The notes: generated by a model from the letters alone, not told the origin. Shown: positions 17,470-26,858, counted from the first letter of the stretch. The stretch: DNA of 51,026 bases from Gammaproteobacteria bacterium (GCA_025355445.1 JANXZQ010000236.1:1-51026), one strand, 5' to 3'. Made by a program: numbers and translations.

Positions 17470-19044
17470 GTGCCCAAGGTTCTGATTGCCGATGACTTGA
17501 GCCCGAGGGCTCTCGATATTTTTCGCAGCCGTGGGGTGGAAGTCGATGTCCGCGTCGGCCTTAAAAAGTCGGAGCTCGTCGAGATCATCGCCGGCTACGA
17601 CGGCCTCGCGGTGCGTTCGGCGACCAAGGCGGACAAGGACGTGATCGCCGCCGCGACCAAACTCAAGGTGATCGGCCGCGCCGGTATCGGAGTTGATAAC
17701 ATTGACGTCGCTGCGGCGACCGCTCGAGGCATCGTGGTGATGAATACGCCCTTCGGCAACTCCATCACGACGGCCGAGCACTCCATCGCGCTGTTGTTTG
17801 CTGCGGCCCGGCAAATTGCCGCAGCAGACGTCTCGACGCAAGCGGGGAAATGGGAGAAGAACCGCTTTATGGGGGTTGAGCTCTATGCGAAGACCCTCGG
17901 ACTGATCGGCTGTGGAAATATCGGTGCGCTGGTCGCAGAGCGGGCGCTGGCCCTCAAGATGAAGGTGATTGCATACGATCCCTTCCTATCGGCCGAGCGT
18001 GCGGTAAAACTCGGAGTCGAAAAAGTCGACTTGGACGATTTGCTGTCGCGCGCGGATGCAATTTCGCTGCATACGCCGCTAACCGACAAGACCAAGAACA
18101 TTCTTTCCGTCGAGGCGCTGGCGAAAACCAAACAGGGTGTGATCATCGTCAATGCGGCTCGCGGCGGACTCGTGGATGAACGAGCGTTGCGCGCCGCTCT
18201 GGAAACAGGCCACGTAGGCGCCGCCGGCTTTGATGTTTTCATCACTGAACCGGCAAAGGACAGCGTACTGTTCGGCGCGCCGAATTTTGTGGCGACACCC
18301 CACCTTGGCGCAAGCACCAATGAAGCACAAGAAAATGTCGCGCTGCAAGTGGCAGAACAAATATCCGACTACCTACTGACGGGGGCGGTCACCAATTCGC
18401 TCAATATGGCCTCCGTCAGTGCGGAGGAAGCGTCGCGACTGAAGCCCTACATCGGGCTGATCGACAAGCTCGGTAGTTTTGCGGGTCAGATCGCCGATGA
18501 CGGTATCGAGGCGGTCGACATCGAATACGAGGGCGAAGTCGCCCTGCTCAACACGCAGCCATTGACGGCAATCGCGTTGGCTTCGTTGATGCGGCCGCTG
18601 ATGCCCGATGTAAATATGGTGTCCGCGCCGGCGGTGCTGAAGCATAAAGGCGCGTTGTTGACCGAATCCAAGCGCGAGACGTCCCCCATCTATGGCTCGT
18701 TGATAAGGATCAAGGTCTTGACGGGCGGGCGTTGGCGGATTTTAGCGGGAGTGGTCAACGCCGGAACGGCGAAAATCGTCGAAGTCAAAGGCATGGCGCT
18801 GGAGGCAGATTTCCATCCGGTGATGCTGCTCATTAACAATATAGACCGGCCAGGTTTTATCGGCGCGCTCGGCACCATGTTGGGGGAGGCGAGCATCAAC
18901 ATCGCCACTTTCCACTTGGGGCGCCAAGCGGCCGAGCAGGACGCCCTCGCGATTGTAGGCGTCGATCAGATCGTGCCCGAGGCTATCCAAGAGAAGCTGC
19001 GCGCACTGCCTCACGTACGGTATGTGAAAGTATTGCAATTTTGA
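17470..19044 (+). CDS. serA: D-3-phosphoglycerate dehydrogenase (long form with ASB and ACT domains)
   Basis: 'PKVLIADDLS', the 'GLIGCGNIGALVAERA' NAD fold, 'ISLHTPLT', 'NAARGGLVDE' and 'TPHLGAST', plus a C-terminal ACT-like 'LLINNIDRPGFIGALGTMLGEASINIA'. Confidence 0.93.
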   Translation: MPKVLIADDLSPRALDIFRSRGVEVDVRVGLKKSELVEIIAGYDGLAVRSATKADKDVIAAATKLKVIGRAGIGVDNIDVAAATARGIVVMNTPFGNSITTAEHSIALLFAAARQIAAADVSTQAGKWEKNRFMGVELYAKTLGLIGCGNIGALVAERALALKMKVIAYDPFLSAERAVKLGVEKVDLDDLLSRADAISLHTPLTDKTKNILSVEALAKTKQGVIIVNAARGGLVDERALRAALETGHVGAAGFDVFITEPAKDSVLFGAPNFVATPHLGASTNEAQENVALQVAEQISDYLLTGAVTNSLNMASVSAEEASRLKPYIGLIDKLGSFAGQIADDGIEAVDIEYEGEVALLNTQPLTAIALASLMRPLMPDVNMVSAPAVLKHKGALLTESKRETSPIYGSLIRIKVLTGGRWRILAGVVNAGTAKIVEVKGMALEADFHPVMLLINNIDRPGFIGALGTMLGEASINIATFHLGRQAAEQDALAIVGVDQIVPEAIQEKLRALPHVRYVKVLQF

Positions 19045-19068
19045 CCCGCAAACTAGACAGCACTTTTT

Positions 19069-19617
19069 ATGAGCGGAAAAGCATTTCGACGCATTGTAAC
19101 GGGCCATAACGCCGCCGGATCGGCGGTTATTATGGAGGACGGACCTCCGCTGCGGGTGTTCGACAATCTAGGCGAGGCGGGCTTGGTGTTTTATGAGGTC
19201 TGGAACACGCGGGAAACGCCGGCACGAATCGATCGCGCAAGCAGCGAACCGCCCGAGGCTCGGTTGACTCTCGCGCCCCCTAAGTCAGGTACGCGCATTC
19301 GCGTGCTCGATATCCCGGTCGATAATCCGGCAACTTCGGATCTGGAGACGGTATTTGAGAATATTGGAGCCAAGGACGCTCACATTGGGACAAAGGGCGG
19401 CAAGCACGCCAGCGTCCACCGTACGCAGTCGATCGACTACGGCATTGTTTTGGACGGGCAGATCACCCTGCTCATGGATGAGGGGGAGACGACGCTTCAG
19501 GCCGGAGATATTTGCATTCAGCGCGGCACGAATCATGGCTGGGTCAATCGCGGAACCAAGCCGTGCCGCATCGCCTTCATATTGATCGACGGGGTGTGGG
19601 ACGAGGACATCGCCTAA
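19069..19617 (+). CDS. Cupin domain protein
   Basis: 'HRTQSIDYGIVLDGQITLLMDEGETTLQAGDICIQRGTNHGWVNRG' is a cupin_2 two-motif barrel. Confidence 0.8.
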   Translation: MSGKAFRRIVTGHNAAGSAVIMEDGPPLRVFDNLGEAGLVFYEVWNTRETPARIDRASSEPPEARLTLAPPKSGTRIRVLDIPVDNPATSDLETVFENIGAKDAHIGTKGGKHASVHRTQSIDYGIVLDGQITLLMDEGETTLQAGDICIQRGTNHGWVNRGTKPCRIAFILIDGVWDEDIA

Positions 19618-19629
19618 CCCGGCTCGGCA

Positions 19630-19659
19630 TGTCGAAATGCTCAAGTGCCGTTCGTCGTC
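19630..19659 (+). promoter_or_regulatory. Candidate ECF-type promoter (TGTCGA-N17-CGTC) upstream of the YciI-VOC-YciI-sigma operon
   Basis: TGTCGAA at 19630-19636 and CGTCGTC at 19653-19659, about 80 nt upstream of the ATG at 19739. As I recall it, this matches the motif reported for ECF42-dependent promoters. Confidence 0.4.
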
Positions 19660-19738
19660 AGTTTAGAAAGGCGTTTCATATTTAGAATAAAGATGACATA
19701 TAGTCGATAAGCTATTGTTAATAAAGGAGAACAAATCC

Positions 19739-20170
19739 ATGAAAGTTATGGTGTTGGTTAAGGCGACCACGGACAGCGAGGCCGGGACCATGCCGAGCGA
19801 GTCACTGTTGGCAGCCATGGGTCAATTCAACGAGGAGCTCGTGAAGGCCGGGGTATTGCTGGCGGCCGATGGGCTGAAACCCAGTGCGCTCGGCAAGCGG
19901 GTGCAGTTCTCCGGCGCGCAACGCAGCGTTATCGATGGGCCGTTTGCGGAGACCAAGGAACTCGTGGCCGGATTTTGGCTCTGGCAGGTCAAATCCATCG
20001 ATGAGGCGGTGGAATGGCTAAAGCGCAGCCCCAATCCCTTCCCGGGAGAATCGATTGTCGAAATCCGTCCGGTTTTTGAAGCTGAAGATTTCGGCGCCGA
20101 GCTCACGCCCGCACTGCGGGCGCAGGCTGATCGCCAACGGGATGAAATCAACAAGTCCGCCAAACATTGA
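19739..20170 (+). CDS. YciI/DGPF-domain family protein
   Basis: SD AAGGAG. 'MKVMVLVKATTDSEAG..LLAAMGQFNEELVKAGVLLAADGL..VIDGPFAETKELVAGFWLWQVKSIDEAVEW'. Confidence 0.85.
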   Translation: MKVMVLVKATTDSEAGTMPSESLLAAMGQFNEELVKAGVLLAADGLKPSALGKRVQFSGAQRSVIDGPFAETKELVAGFWLWQVKSIDEAVEWLKRSPNPFPGESIVEIRPVFEAEDFGAELTPALRAQADRQRDEINKSAKH

Positions 20171-20178
20171 GGCCAGTC

Positions 20179-20598
20179 ATGCACATTCAACCCTATTTAT
20201 TTTTCAACGGCCGCTGCGAAGAGGCGATTGAGTTCTACAAGACTGCCGTCGGTGCCGAACTGCAAATGCTGATGCGGCACAAGGATAGCCCTATGCCGCC
20301 GCCGCCCGGCCGGCTCCCCGCAGGTTCGCAAGAGAAAGTCATGCACGCCGCCTTTCGAGTGGGCGACACCGTCGTGATGGCCTCGGACGGCATGTGCGAT
20401 GGAAAGCCGGTATTCACTGGGTTTACGTTGTCCGTTACGCTCCCGTCTGAGGCGCAGGTCCGGGCAGTGTTTGCGAGACTGTCGGACGGCGGGAACATCC
20501 AGATGCCTATCGACAAGACGTTCTGGTCTCCCGCCTTTGGAATGCTGGTCGATCGATTCGGGGTGTCTTGGATGGTGACGGTCGCAAAAGAATCTTAA
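20179..20598 (+). CDS. VOC/glyoxalase-fold protein, PhnB-like
   Basis: 'MHIQPYLFFNGRCEEAIEFYKTAVGAE...VMHAAFRVGDTVVMASDG...FWSPAFGMLVDRFGVSWMV' is the typical PhnB/3-demethylubiquinone-methyltransferase-like domain. Confidence 0.85.
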   Translation: MHIQPYLFFNGRCEEAIEFYKTAVGAELQMLMRHKDSPMPPPPGRLPAGSQEKVMHAAFRVGDTVVMASDGMCDGKPVFTGFTLSVTLPSEAQVRAVFARLSDGGNIQMPIDKTFWSPAFGMLVDRFGVSWMVTVAKES

Positions 20599-20616
20599 GG
20601 GACCAGTGAGGCAGCA

Positions 20617-20970
20617 ATGGCTTACGCACTAATAGTAGTTGAGCCTGTAGGGCAGCGGCAGAGCCGCACCGAGGCCGAGGGGCGAGCGCTTTACGACCGC
20701 ATGCTCCGGTTCAGCGAGGACTTGAAGTCCCGCGGACTCCTGACCATGACGCAGTCCCTCAAGACGGACACTCAGGGCGTGCGCGTGCGCGTTGAGGGCA
20801 ATCAATCGACGGTGGTAGATGGTCCGTTCGCGGAAGCCAAGGAGATGATCGGAGGGTTCTTCATCTTGACCTGCGAGACCCGGGACCAGGCCATAGCCCT
20901 CGCCAAAGAGTGCCCGGCGGCTAGTTGGGCCACGGTAGAAGTACGCGAATTGGGCCCCTGCTTTTCATGA
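20617..20970 (+). CDS. YciI/DGPF-domain family protein
   Basis: 'YDRMLRFSEDLKSRGLL..VVDGPFAEAKEMIGGFFILTCETRDQAIALAKECP'. Its stop overlaps the sigma start (ATGA). Confidence 0.85.
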   Translation: MAYALIVVEPVGQRQSRTEAEGRALYDRMLRFSEDLKSRGLLTMTQSLKTDTQGVRVRVEGNQSTVVDGPFAEAKEMIGGFFILTCETRDQAIALAKECPAASWATVEVRELGPCFS

Positions 20971-22235
20971 CTGAGTCCCCCGCCCATAAGACCGTCGAGG
21001 CAGTGTGGCGGATGGAATCGGCCAAAATCATTGCCAAGCTCGCACGCATGCTGCGCAACGTGGGGCTCGCCGAGGAGTTGGCGCAAGACGCTCTGGTGAC
21101 GGCGCTCGAGCAGTGGCCGCAAAACGGGACGCCCGACAACCCCGGTGCGTGGCTGATGGCGACGGCGAAGAACCGCGCGATCGATGAACTGCGGCGGCGC
21201 AAGCTCCACGACCGAAATCAGGAGGCGATCGTGAACGAACGGCTTCTCCTTGGCGGGAAACCGGAGGAACCCGAGCACGCGGCCGATGATGCTATCGGCG
21301 ATGATCTGCTGCGGCTGACCTTCATTGCCTGCCACCCGGTGCTCTCCACCGAGGCGCGCACTGCCCTTACCCTGCGTTTACTCGCAGGCCTCAGCACCAC
21401 GGAAATTGCGCGCGCCTTTCTGGTGCCTGAGTCCACCATCGGTCAGCGCATCGTTCGCGCCAAGCGGACGCTCGCTGAGGCGCGCATACCCTTCGAAGTG
21501 CCGCGCGCAGAGGAGCGCGCGGCGCGCCTAAGCTCGGTGCTCGAAGTGATTTATCTCATCTTCAATGAGGGATATGCGGCGACCTCCGGAGAGGATTGGA
21601 TGCGTCCGGCGCTGTGTGACGAGGCGCTGCGATTGGGACGCATCCTGGCTGAGCTGACGCCCATGGACGCGGAGGTGCATGGCCTCGTGGCGCTCATGGA
21701 AATCCAGGCATCGCGCATGGGTGCACGCGTTGATTCTGCCGGTGAACCCATCTTGTTGCCGGCGCAGAATCGCGGACGCTGGAGTCAACTGCTCATTCGA
21801 CGTGGGCTTGCCGCTCTCGGGCGCGCTGAAGCACTCGGCGGCGCCTTGGGGCCGTATGCGTTGCAGGCGGCCATTGCCGCCTGTCATGCCCGCGCACACA
21901 CTGCAAAGGCAACGGATTGGCCGCGAATTGTCGCGCTGTACGATGCGCTTGCCCAACTCGTACCGTCGCCGGTCGTGGAATTGAACCGTGCCGTAGCCGT
22001 CTCGATGGCGTTCGGGCCCGCCGCCGCTTTGGATCTCGTGGATGCGCTCACCCACGACCAGCGGCTCAAGGGGTACCATCTCCTGCCCAGCGTGCGGGCG
22101 GATTTGCTGGAGAAGCTCGGACGATTCGCAGAGGCGCGCGCCGAATTCTCACGCGCCGCGGGGCTTACACAGAATGGGCGCGAGCGGGCGCTGTTGCTTG
22201 GCCGCGCGATGGCGTGCGGTAGCGCGACTCAGTAG
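20967..22235 (+). CDS. ECF sigma factor with long C-terminal TPR-like extension (ECF42-type)
   Basis: Sigma2 'GLAEELAQDALVTALEQWP..PDNPGAWLMATAKNRAIDELRR' and sigma4 'LRLLAGLSTTEIARAFLVPESTIGQRIVRAKRTL', followed by about 230 extra residues. The DGPF/YciI neighbours are the conserved ECF42 context. Confidence 0.88.
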   Translation: MTESPAHKTVEAVWRMESAKIIAKLARMLRNVGLAEELAQDALVTALEQWPQNGTPDNPGAWLMATAKNRAIDELRRRKLHDRNQEAIVNERLLLGGKPEEPEHAADDAIGDDLLRLTFIACHPVLSTEARTALTLRLLAGLSTTEIARAFLVPESTIGQRIVRAKRTLAEARIPFEVPRAEERAARLSSVLEVIYLIFNEGYAATSGEDWMRPALCDEALRLGRILAELTPMDAEVHGLVALMEIQASRMGARVDSAGEPILLPAQNRGRWSQLLIRRGLAALGRAEALGGALGPYALQAAIAACHARAHTAKATDWPRIVALYDALAQLVPSPVVELNRAVAVSMAFGPAAALDLVDALTHDQRLKGYHLLPSVRADLLEKLGRFAEARAEFSRAAGLTQNGRERALLLGRAMACGSATQ

Positions 22236-22259
22236 CCTGCACAGGTGCAGCCACACCAC

Positions 22260-23021
22260 CTATCCCGCCAATGTCTCGAAGGCCTTGGCGAGGCCCATCC
22301 AAGTCTGTGTTCCCGCGAAAGGCACCGTGAGCACTTGCTGTGCCAGCAGCGCGGCGCCTCCAATGACATAAACGGAATGCGGCTTGCCGCGGGTTCGCCA
22401 GTCGTGAACCATCGCGGCGACCAGCAAAAGATCCGCGACTAAGGCGGGAGGCATAGAAACGAAGGGCGGAGGCGGCCCCGGCGGTGCGCCGCCGGCGAAC
22501 AAGGTGAGAAATACTCGTGCGATGGCGGGCGTCATCATGCCGGTCATCAGCAACACCATCAGCCGCTTGTGGACCTGAGGCCGTCGAATTTTGATGATGG
22601 CCAAAGCGAATACCGTGACCATGAAAGGCCATGCACACAGAGTAACGGCCGCGAAGCGGCGCGCGGCATCGCCAAACCCCAGTGCCTCGTCCCGTTTCAG
22701 TACCGCCTGTTCACCCACCAGGATAGAAAAGGCAAGGATGCTGAACAGCGAAATGCCGGCCAAGCCCCAGGAGCGGTGGTCCATGGTGCGCCCCGTGGCG
22801 ACGAGTGCTGTCTGAGCAAAGAAATAGCACGTCCAGGTGAACATCAACGTGCCGTGGATGTGCACGATGGGAGGGGCGTGAAAGGTGCCCGCGGCCATCG
22901 GCGCCCAATAGGTCGGACTGAATCCGCCAAACGCGACCAGCACAAAAGCACCGGCCATCCACAGATAGAAGTAGCGGCCTTCCACTCGCAGTCCCGATTC
23001 CAGGGCAACGGTTGCATTCAT
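22260..23021 (-). CDS. Hypothetical polytopic membrane protein
   Basis: 253-aa ORF with multiple hydrophobic helices ('YFYLWMAGAFVLVAFGGF', 'LMFTWTCYFFAQTALVA', 'AGISLFSILAFSILV', ...). Family not recognised. Confidence 0.65.
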   Translation of the reverse strand: MNATVALESGLRVEGRYFYLWMAGAFVLVAFGGFSPTYWAPMAAGTFHAPPIVHIHGTLMFTWTCYFFAQTALVATGRTMDHRSWGLAGISLFSILAFSILVGEQAVLKRDEALGFGDAARRFAAVTLCAWPFMVTVFALAIIKIRRPQVHKRLMVLLMTGMMTPAIARVFLTLFAGGAPPGPPPPFVSMPPALVADLLLVAAMVHDWRTRGKPHSVYVIGGAALLAQQVLTVPFAGTQTWMGLAKAFETLAG

Positions 23022-23099
23022 TAGTTTTTCTCCGGCACGGCCTAGTCGGAGCGAGAATAGCAGCCGTAACAGCGGCGTGCCAACCGCCCAGGGTTGACA

Positions 23100-23603
23100 C
23101 TATTGCCTGACACCGCGCGCATATCCGATGTGGCGCAGCGCGTCTGGCAGCGACTCATAAGCCGCAGCGACCTCCGGCACCACCGTGTAGCGTTCGACGA
23201 ACTCGGGCGGGAATCGGCAGGGTTTCCCGGTGTCGAGGTTCAGACAGAAGAAGTCTATCTCCGCCTCGAGAACACGCTTGCCGTCGGCCACGCGCGCGAT
23301 TTCGAAGCGCCGGCTGCATCTCAAGCGACCGTCGCAGGCGATTATCCACGTGGCTATCAGTAAATCGTCGCCGGCAACCGCCGCCTCGAGGTAGTCGACT
23401 CGCGTATGGCGTATCGCCATGCCGCGCCGAAGTTCAAGGCAGCGCTCGAGCGGCATGCCGAGATTTGCGGAATGCGCCCACGCGATGCTGTCCAGCCATT
23501 GTAGATACACGGTATTATTGACGTGCGCATACTCGTCGATTTCGTGCTCGCCGACTCGATGCATGTCGGTGAAAGCCAACGGCAGGCGCAGATCACGCCC
23601 CAT
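23100..23603 (-). CDS. Acyl-CoA thioesterase (4HBT/YbgC-like hotdog fold)
   Basis: SD AGGAG lies 7 nt before the ATG at 23603. 'VGEHEIDEYAHVNNTVYLQWLDSIAWAH' is the hotdog thioesterase motif. Confidence 0.8.
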   Translation of the reverse strand: MGRDLRLPLAFTDMHRVGEHEIDEYAHVNNTVYLQWLDSIAWAHSANLGMPLERCLELRRGMAIRHTRVDYLEAAVAGDDLLIATWIIACDGRLRCSRRFEIARVADGKRVLEAEIDFFCLNLDTGKPCRFPPEFVERYTVVPEVAAAYESLPDALRHIGYARGVRQ

Positions 23604-23754
23604 CAGTTCACTCCTGCTTGAATTGGCCGATTTATCGGAAATGATCGGCATCCGCGCATGATAGCGCGGCGGCGGCAATCCGGAACGGCCATTGCGGCAG
23701 CGCCGGGATGTACGCATCGTCGCCCAATGCGGAATTGTCTGCTAGGTTGAGGGA

Positions 23755-24906
23755 GTGAACGAGCACCGCGTCCAACTCGATACCTTCTGCCCGCACCGCC
23801 CCCCCTGCGCCGGCTGCCCGCGCTTTGGCGAGCCCGGCATTGCTCCGCCAGCGTACGCTGCGCTCGATCAATTGGCACGCACTCACGGACTGCCTGAGGT
23901 GGCCGTAGTCTCCGGAAAAACCGCCGGCTTTCGCCTGCGAGCGCGGCTCGCCATCCGCGGGCGCCTAGGCTCGCCCAAGGTCGGGCTGTTCGGGCTTGGC
24001 ACCCATCGCGTGGTTCACATTCCGAATTGCATCGTGCAGCATCCCTTGATCAACCGCGTCGCGTCCGTCCTGCGCCGCGCACTGGTCGACGCTCGCGTCA
24101 CTTGCTATTCGGATATGGCACATTTGGGCATTGCGCGCTATCTGCAGGTGGTGGTGGAACGCAGCTCGCAAACCGCACAAGTCGTGGTGGTCGCGAACAG
24201 CTCGGATCCTGAGCCTCTGGCCGCGTGCTTGGATTTGATGCGCGAGCGCCTTGGATCAGAACTGCACAGTCTGTGGTTCAATCCCAATCGCGCGCGTACC
24301 AACACCATCCTCGCACCTGAATTCCACCTCTGGTGCGGGCCTGAGAGCGTGGTCGAGCATTTTGGCGGGGCGGCGGTGCACTATCCGCCGGGCGCATTCG
24401 GGCAGAATAATCTGGACATCGCGCAGCTCATTATCGAGCATGTGCGCGCGGAAATCCCCCACGGTGCAGCGGTCGCCGAGTTCTATGCCGGCGTAGGCGC
24501 CATTGGCTTGTCGGTGTTGGAACACGCTTCCGAGATCCGCATGAATGAAGTCAGCCCACACTCGCTTCACGGGCTGCAACTGGGGATAGCGGCTCTGGAC
24601 CCCGCGACGCAGGCCAAAATTACCGTCGTGCCGGGTTCGGCCGGTGCTGCGCGGTTGGCTGCTGCCGGCGCCCAGGTGGTGATCGCCGATCCACCTCGGA
24701 AAGGGCTTGATGCGGAGCTTCGGCAGTATCTCAGCGAGCATCCGCCCGAGCGATTCGTGTACGTCAGTTGCGGACTCGATTCCTTTCTCAATGACACGGT
24801 GCTCCTCACCTCACGGGGCGGCCTACGCCTGACCGCGCTCACCGCCTTTAATCTCCTGCCGTTCACCGAACATGTCGAGACCGTGGCGCGTTTCGAGCGC
24901 TGCTAG
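23755..24906 (+). CDS. 23S rRNA (uracil-5)-methyltransferase, RlmC/RumB-like (no TRAM domain)
   Basis: N-terminal Cys cluster 'CPHRPPCAGCPRF', 'FGQNN', SAM-binding 'AEFYAGVGAIGL', 'VIADPPRKGL' and 'VYVSCG'. Confidence 0.83.
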   Translation: MNEHRVQLDTFCPHRPPCAGCPRFGEPGIAPPAYAALDQLARTHGLPEVAVVSGKTAGFRLRARLAIRGRLGSPKVGLFGLGTHRVVHIPNCIVQHPLINRVASVLRRALVDARVTCYSDMAHLGIARYLQVVVERSSQTAQVVVVANSSDPEPLAACLDLMRERLGSELHSLWFNPNRARTNTILAPEFHLWCGPESVVEHFGGAAVHYPPGAFGQNNLDIAQLIIEHVRAEIPHGAAVAEFYAGVGAIGLSVLEHASEIRMNEVSPHSLHGLQLGIAALDPATQAKITVVPGSAGAARLAAAGAQVVIADPPRKGLDAELRQYLSEHPPERFVYVSCGLDSFLNDTVLLTSRGGLRLTALTAFNLLPFTEHVETVARFERC

Positions 24907-24910
24907 CGCT

Positions 24911-26122
24911 TCAGGGCGAAAGGGCGGCGCCGCTCAGCCTGCCGATGGCGCCCAGGGTGGTTTGAGCGGCGTTCAAACCAAGGCGAAAGTCCGCATCGCT
25001 ATACGTGGCGTACACGTCGCTGGGCTGATGCCACTGAGGATCCCAGCCCGCGCCGATCTCGCGTCCGCGCTCGTTCTCGCGCATGCTGATAGCCGGTATC
25101 AAATCCATGAAGGGCGTGCTATCCGTGTTGGTCATGTGGGGTCCCACCATCGCTGGGTAGTCGGAAGCGTAAGCTTCGTTCGCGGTACAGAACGCCCACG
25201 CTAATTTCTGGGCACCTTCGGCCGCCTTGGCGACTTGCTGAAATTCGATGTTCACGTCTGCCTCCGCCCGTTGCTCTTTCGCCATGCTGCCGTCCGGACG
25301 CGGCATGCCGTGATCGAAAAGCATCATGTCGTGCTGGACCATACCGAGCCACGTCGGCTCCGGATAACGGCCCGATCCGGCAGGGTCCTCTTTCCCCTGA
25401 AGCGCTGCTCGCTGCGATACGTAGGCCCATGCGCCATTGAGACCCGTCTCTTCGTTGTTCCAGAGCGCAAAACGAATGGACCGCTCCGTCTTGACGTCAG
25501 AGGCCGAGAGGATGCGGGCCAGTTCCATGACCAGGGCGGTACCTGAGCCGTCGTCGTTGGCGGCCTCACCCCATCCATGACCGTCCATATGGGCGCCGAT
25601 GATGTACATCTCCTCCGGGTGCGTGGAGCCCACCTTGGTGCAATACACTTCTTCGCGCGCCCCGGGAGTTGTGGGCTGGGAATTGAGTGCGCGCAGTTTC
25701 TCGTCCGGTTGCCGCATGGAGTCTTCGTTGACTCCGGTCTTGGCGCGCACGCCGCGATAGCGAGCGCCGCCGACCGAAATGTCGGGGTTGCGCACCACCG
25801 GGGGTCCGCTCGGGCGGGGCTCGTCGCTCGGAGAATACGTGTACTTGAGCCGTGAAATATTCGAACAGCCGTAGCTTTTGAGCTGGGCCTCGATCCAATC
25901 GATAGCCGCGCGGTTTCTGTCTGTGCCCTGACGGCGATCACCGAATCTTGTCAGTCCCTTGATAGTCGCCTTGTAGCGCTCGAGGTCCAAGCGCCCAACC
26001 AAGGTTTTAAGCGGATCCGACGCCTTTCCCGGCGCTTCACCGGCGGCGCACGGCGAAGTGGCCGCAATATTGGTCGCCGCCAAGAGAATAAGGAACGCCA
26101 AAGAAGTTGTAGATCGTTTCAC
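24911..26122 (-). CDS. M28 family metallo-aminopeptidase, secreted
   Basis: GTG start with AGGAG 5 nt upstream, and a signal peptide. 'IIGAHMDGHGWGEAANDDGSGTALVMELARIL' and 'FALWNNEETGLNGAWAYV' are the M28 zinc-ligand blocks. Confidence 0.88.
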   Translation of the reverse strand: MKRSTTSLAFLILLAATNIAATSPCAAGEAPGKASDPLKTLVGRLDLERYKATIKGLTRFGDRRQGTDRNRAAIDWIEAQLKSYGCSNISRLKYTYSPSDEPRPSGPPVVRNPDISVGGARYRGVRAKTGVNEDSMRQPDEKLRALNSQPTTPGAREEVYCTKVGSTHPEEMYIIGAHMDGHGWGEAANDDGSGTALVMELARILSASDVKTERSIRFALWNNEETGLNGAWAYVSQRAALQGKEDPAGSGRYPEPTWLGMVQHDMMLFDHGMPRPDGSMAKEQRAEADVNIEFQQVAKAAEGAQKLAWAFCTANEAYASDYPAMVGPHMTNTDSTPFMDLIPAISMRENERGREIGAGWDPQWHQPSDVYATYSDADFRLGLNAAQTTLGAIGRLSGAALSP

Positions 26123-26134
26123 CGATGCTCCTGT

Positions 26135-26328
26135 TTAGCCGGCTACCGGCCCGGCGGCGGTTCGAACCCAAATGCAGATCGTCATCATCAGCACAAGGGC
26201 AGTGGAGGTCAACATCCAGGCGGTATCTCCGGCGCGTCATCCGCCCAGGCGGCGGGAATGGACAACGCCAGCAAGCCGAGAACGCCAGCGTCTACGCTAT
26301 AAGCAATCTGCGCTTTTTGCGTCGGTAT
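26135..26328 (-). pseudogene. Possible 5' stub of an ammonium transporter (Amt) gene, frameshifted and truncated
   Basis: One minus-strand frame reads 'GVLGLLALSIPAAWADDAPE' (signal-peptide-like). The adjacent frame reads 'AGDTAWMLTSTALVLMMT', which matches the conserved first TM helix of AmtB-type transporters. No start codon is present and the rest of the gene is absent. Confidence 0.4.
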
Positions 26329-26444
26329 TTACCTACAAGTAATTCGGTGGAACGTCTCTTAACAGGCGCGAACGGCAGACGCACAATGTCAGTGAACGCG
26401 GGACACCGCGTGGATTATCAACGTCATGCAAATCGGGTGGCTTC

Positions 26445-26858
26445 GTGATAGCACACGCAATAAAGGTTCTAATTGTCGAGGATTCTTCGGTACTAGCGCA
26501 GAGAATGTCGGATTTCATTACCGAAATTCCGGAAATAGACGTGATCGGTGTAACCGATTCGGAGTCCCTCGCCCTGGCCGCCATTGGCAGGCGTCGGGTG
26601 GACGTCGTTCTGCTGGACTTGCATCTCAAACAGGGCAACGGTTTCGGCATATTACGCGCGCTTGCCGCTCTGGAAACCAAGCCCTGCGTAATCATTCTGA
26701 CCAACCATAACTCCGACCAGTACGCACGCGACGCTGCAGCGCTGGGCGCGCAATATTTCCTGGACAAGGCACACGATTTCGAGCGATTGCCGAATATTCT
26801 GCGGGAGATTGCGCGTAACACCGAAAACGCCGCGCCGCCGAACTCGCGCATGATGTAG
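26445..26858 (+). CDS. Stand-alone response regulator receiver protein (CheY-like)
   Basis: 'KVLIVEDSSVL..VDVVLLDLHLKQGNGFGILRAL..CVIILTNH..GAQYFLDK', with the phospho-acceptor Asp in 'LLDLHL'. No output domain. Confidence 0.88.
   Translation: MIAHAIKVLIVEDSSVLAQRMSDFITEIPEIDVIGVTDSESLALAAIGRRRVDVVLLDLHLKQGNGFGILRALAALETKPCVIILTNHNSDQYARDAAALGAQYFLDKAHDFERLPNILREIARNTENAAPPNSRMM

Noticed and set aside
17245-17841. 198-aa minus-strand ORF across the serC/serA junction. The same applies to 5970..6578, 12164..12598, 20802..21335, 21528..22079, 24256..24741 and 25324..25941.
   Set aside because: All of these lie antisense to, or out of frame within, genes with strong homology signatures. They are Arg/Ala/Pro/Gly-biased with no start context, and I treat them as shadow ORFs.
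26150-26172. GGTTCGAACCC, a T-loop-like tRNA motif
   Set aside because: The flanking bases cannot form a T-stem (GGCGG against CCAAA), and no acceptor or anticodon arms can be drawn. The motif lies inside the Amt-stub region.
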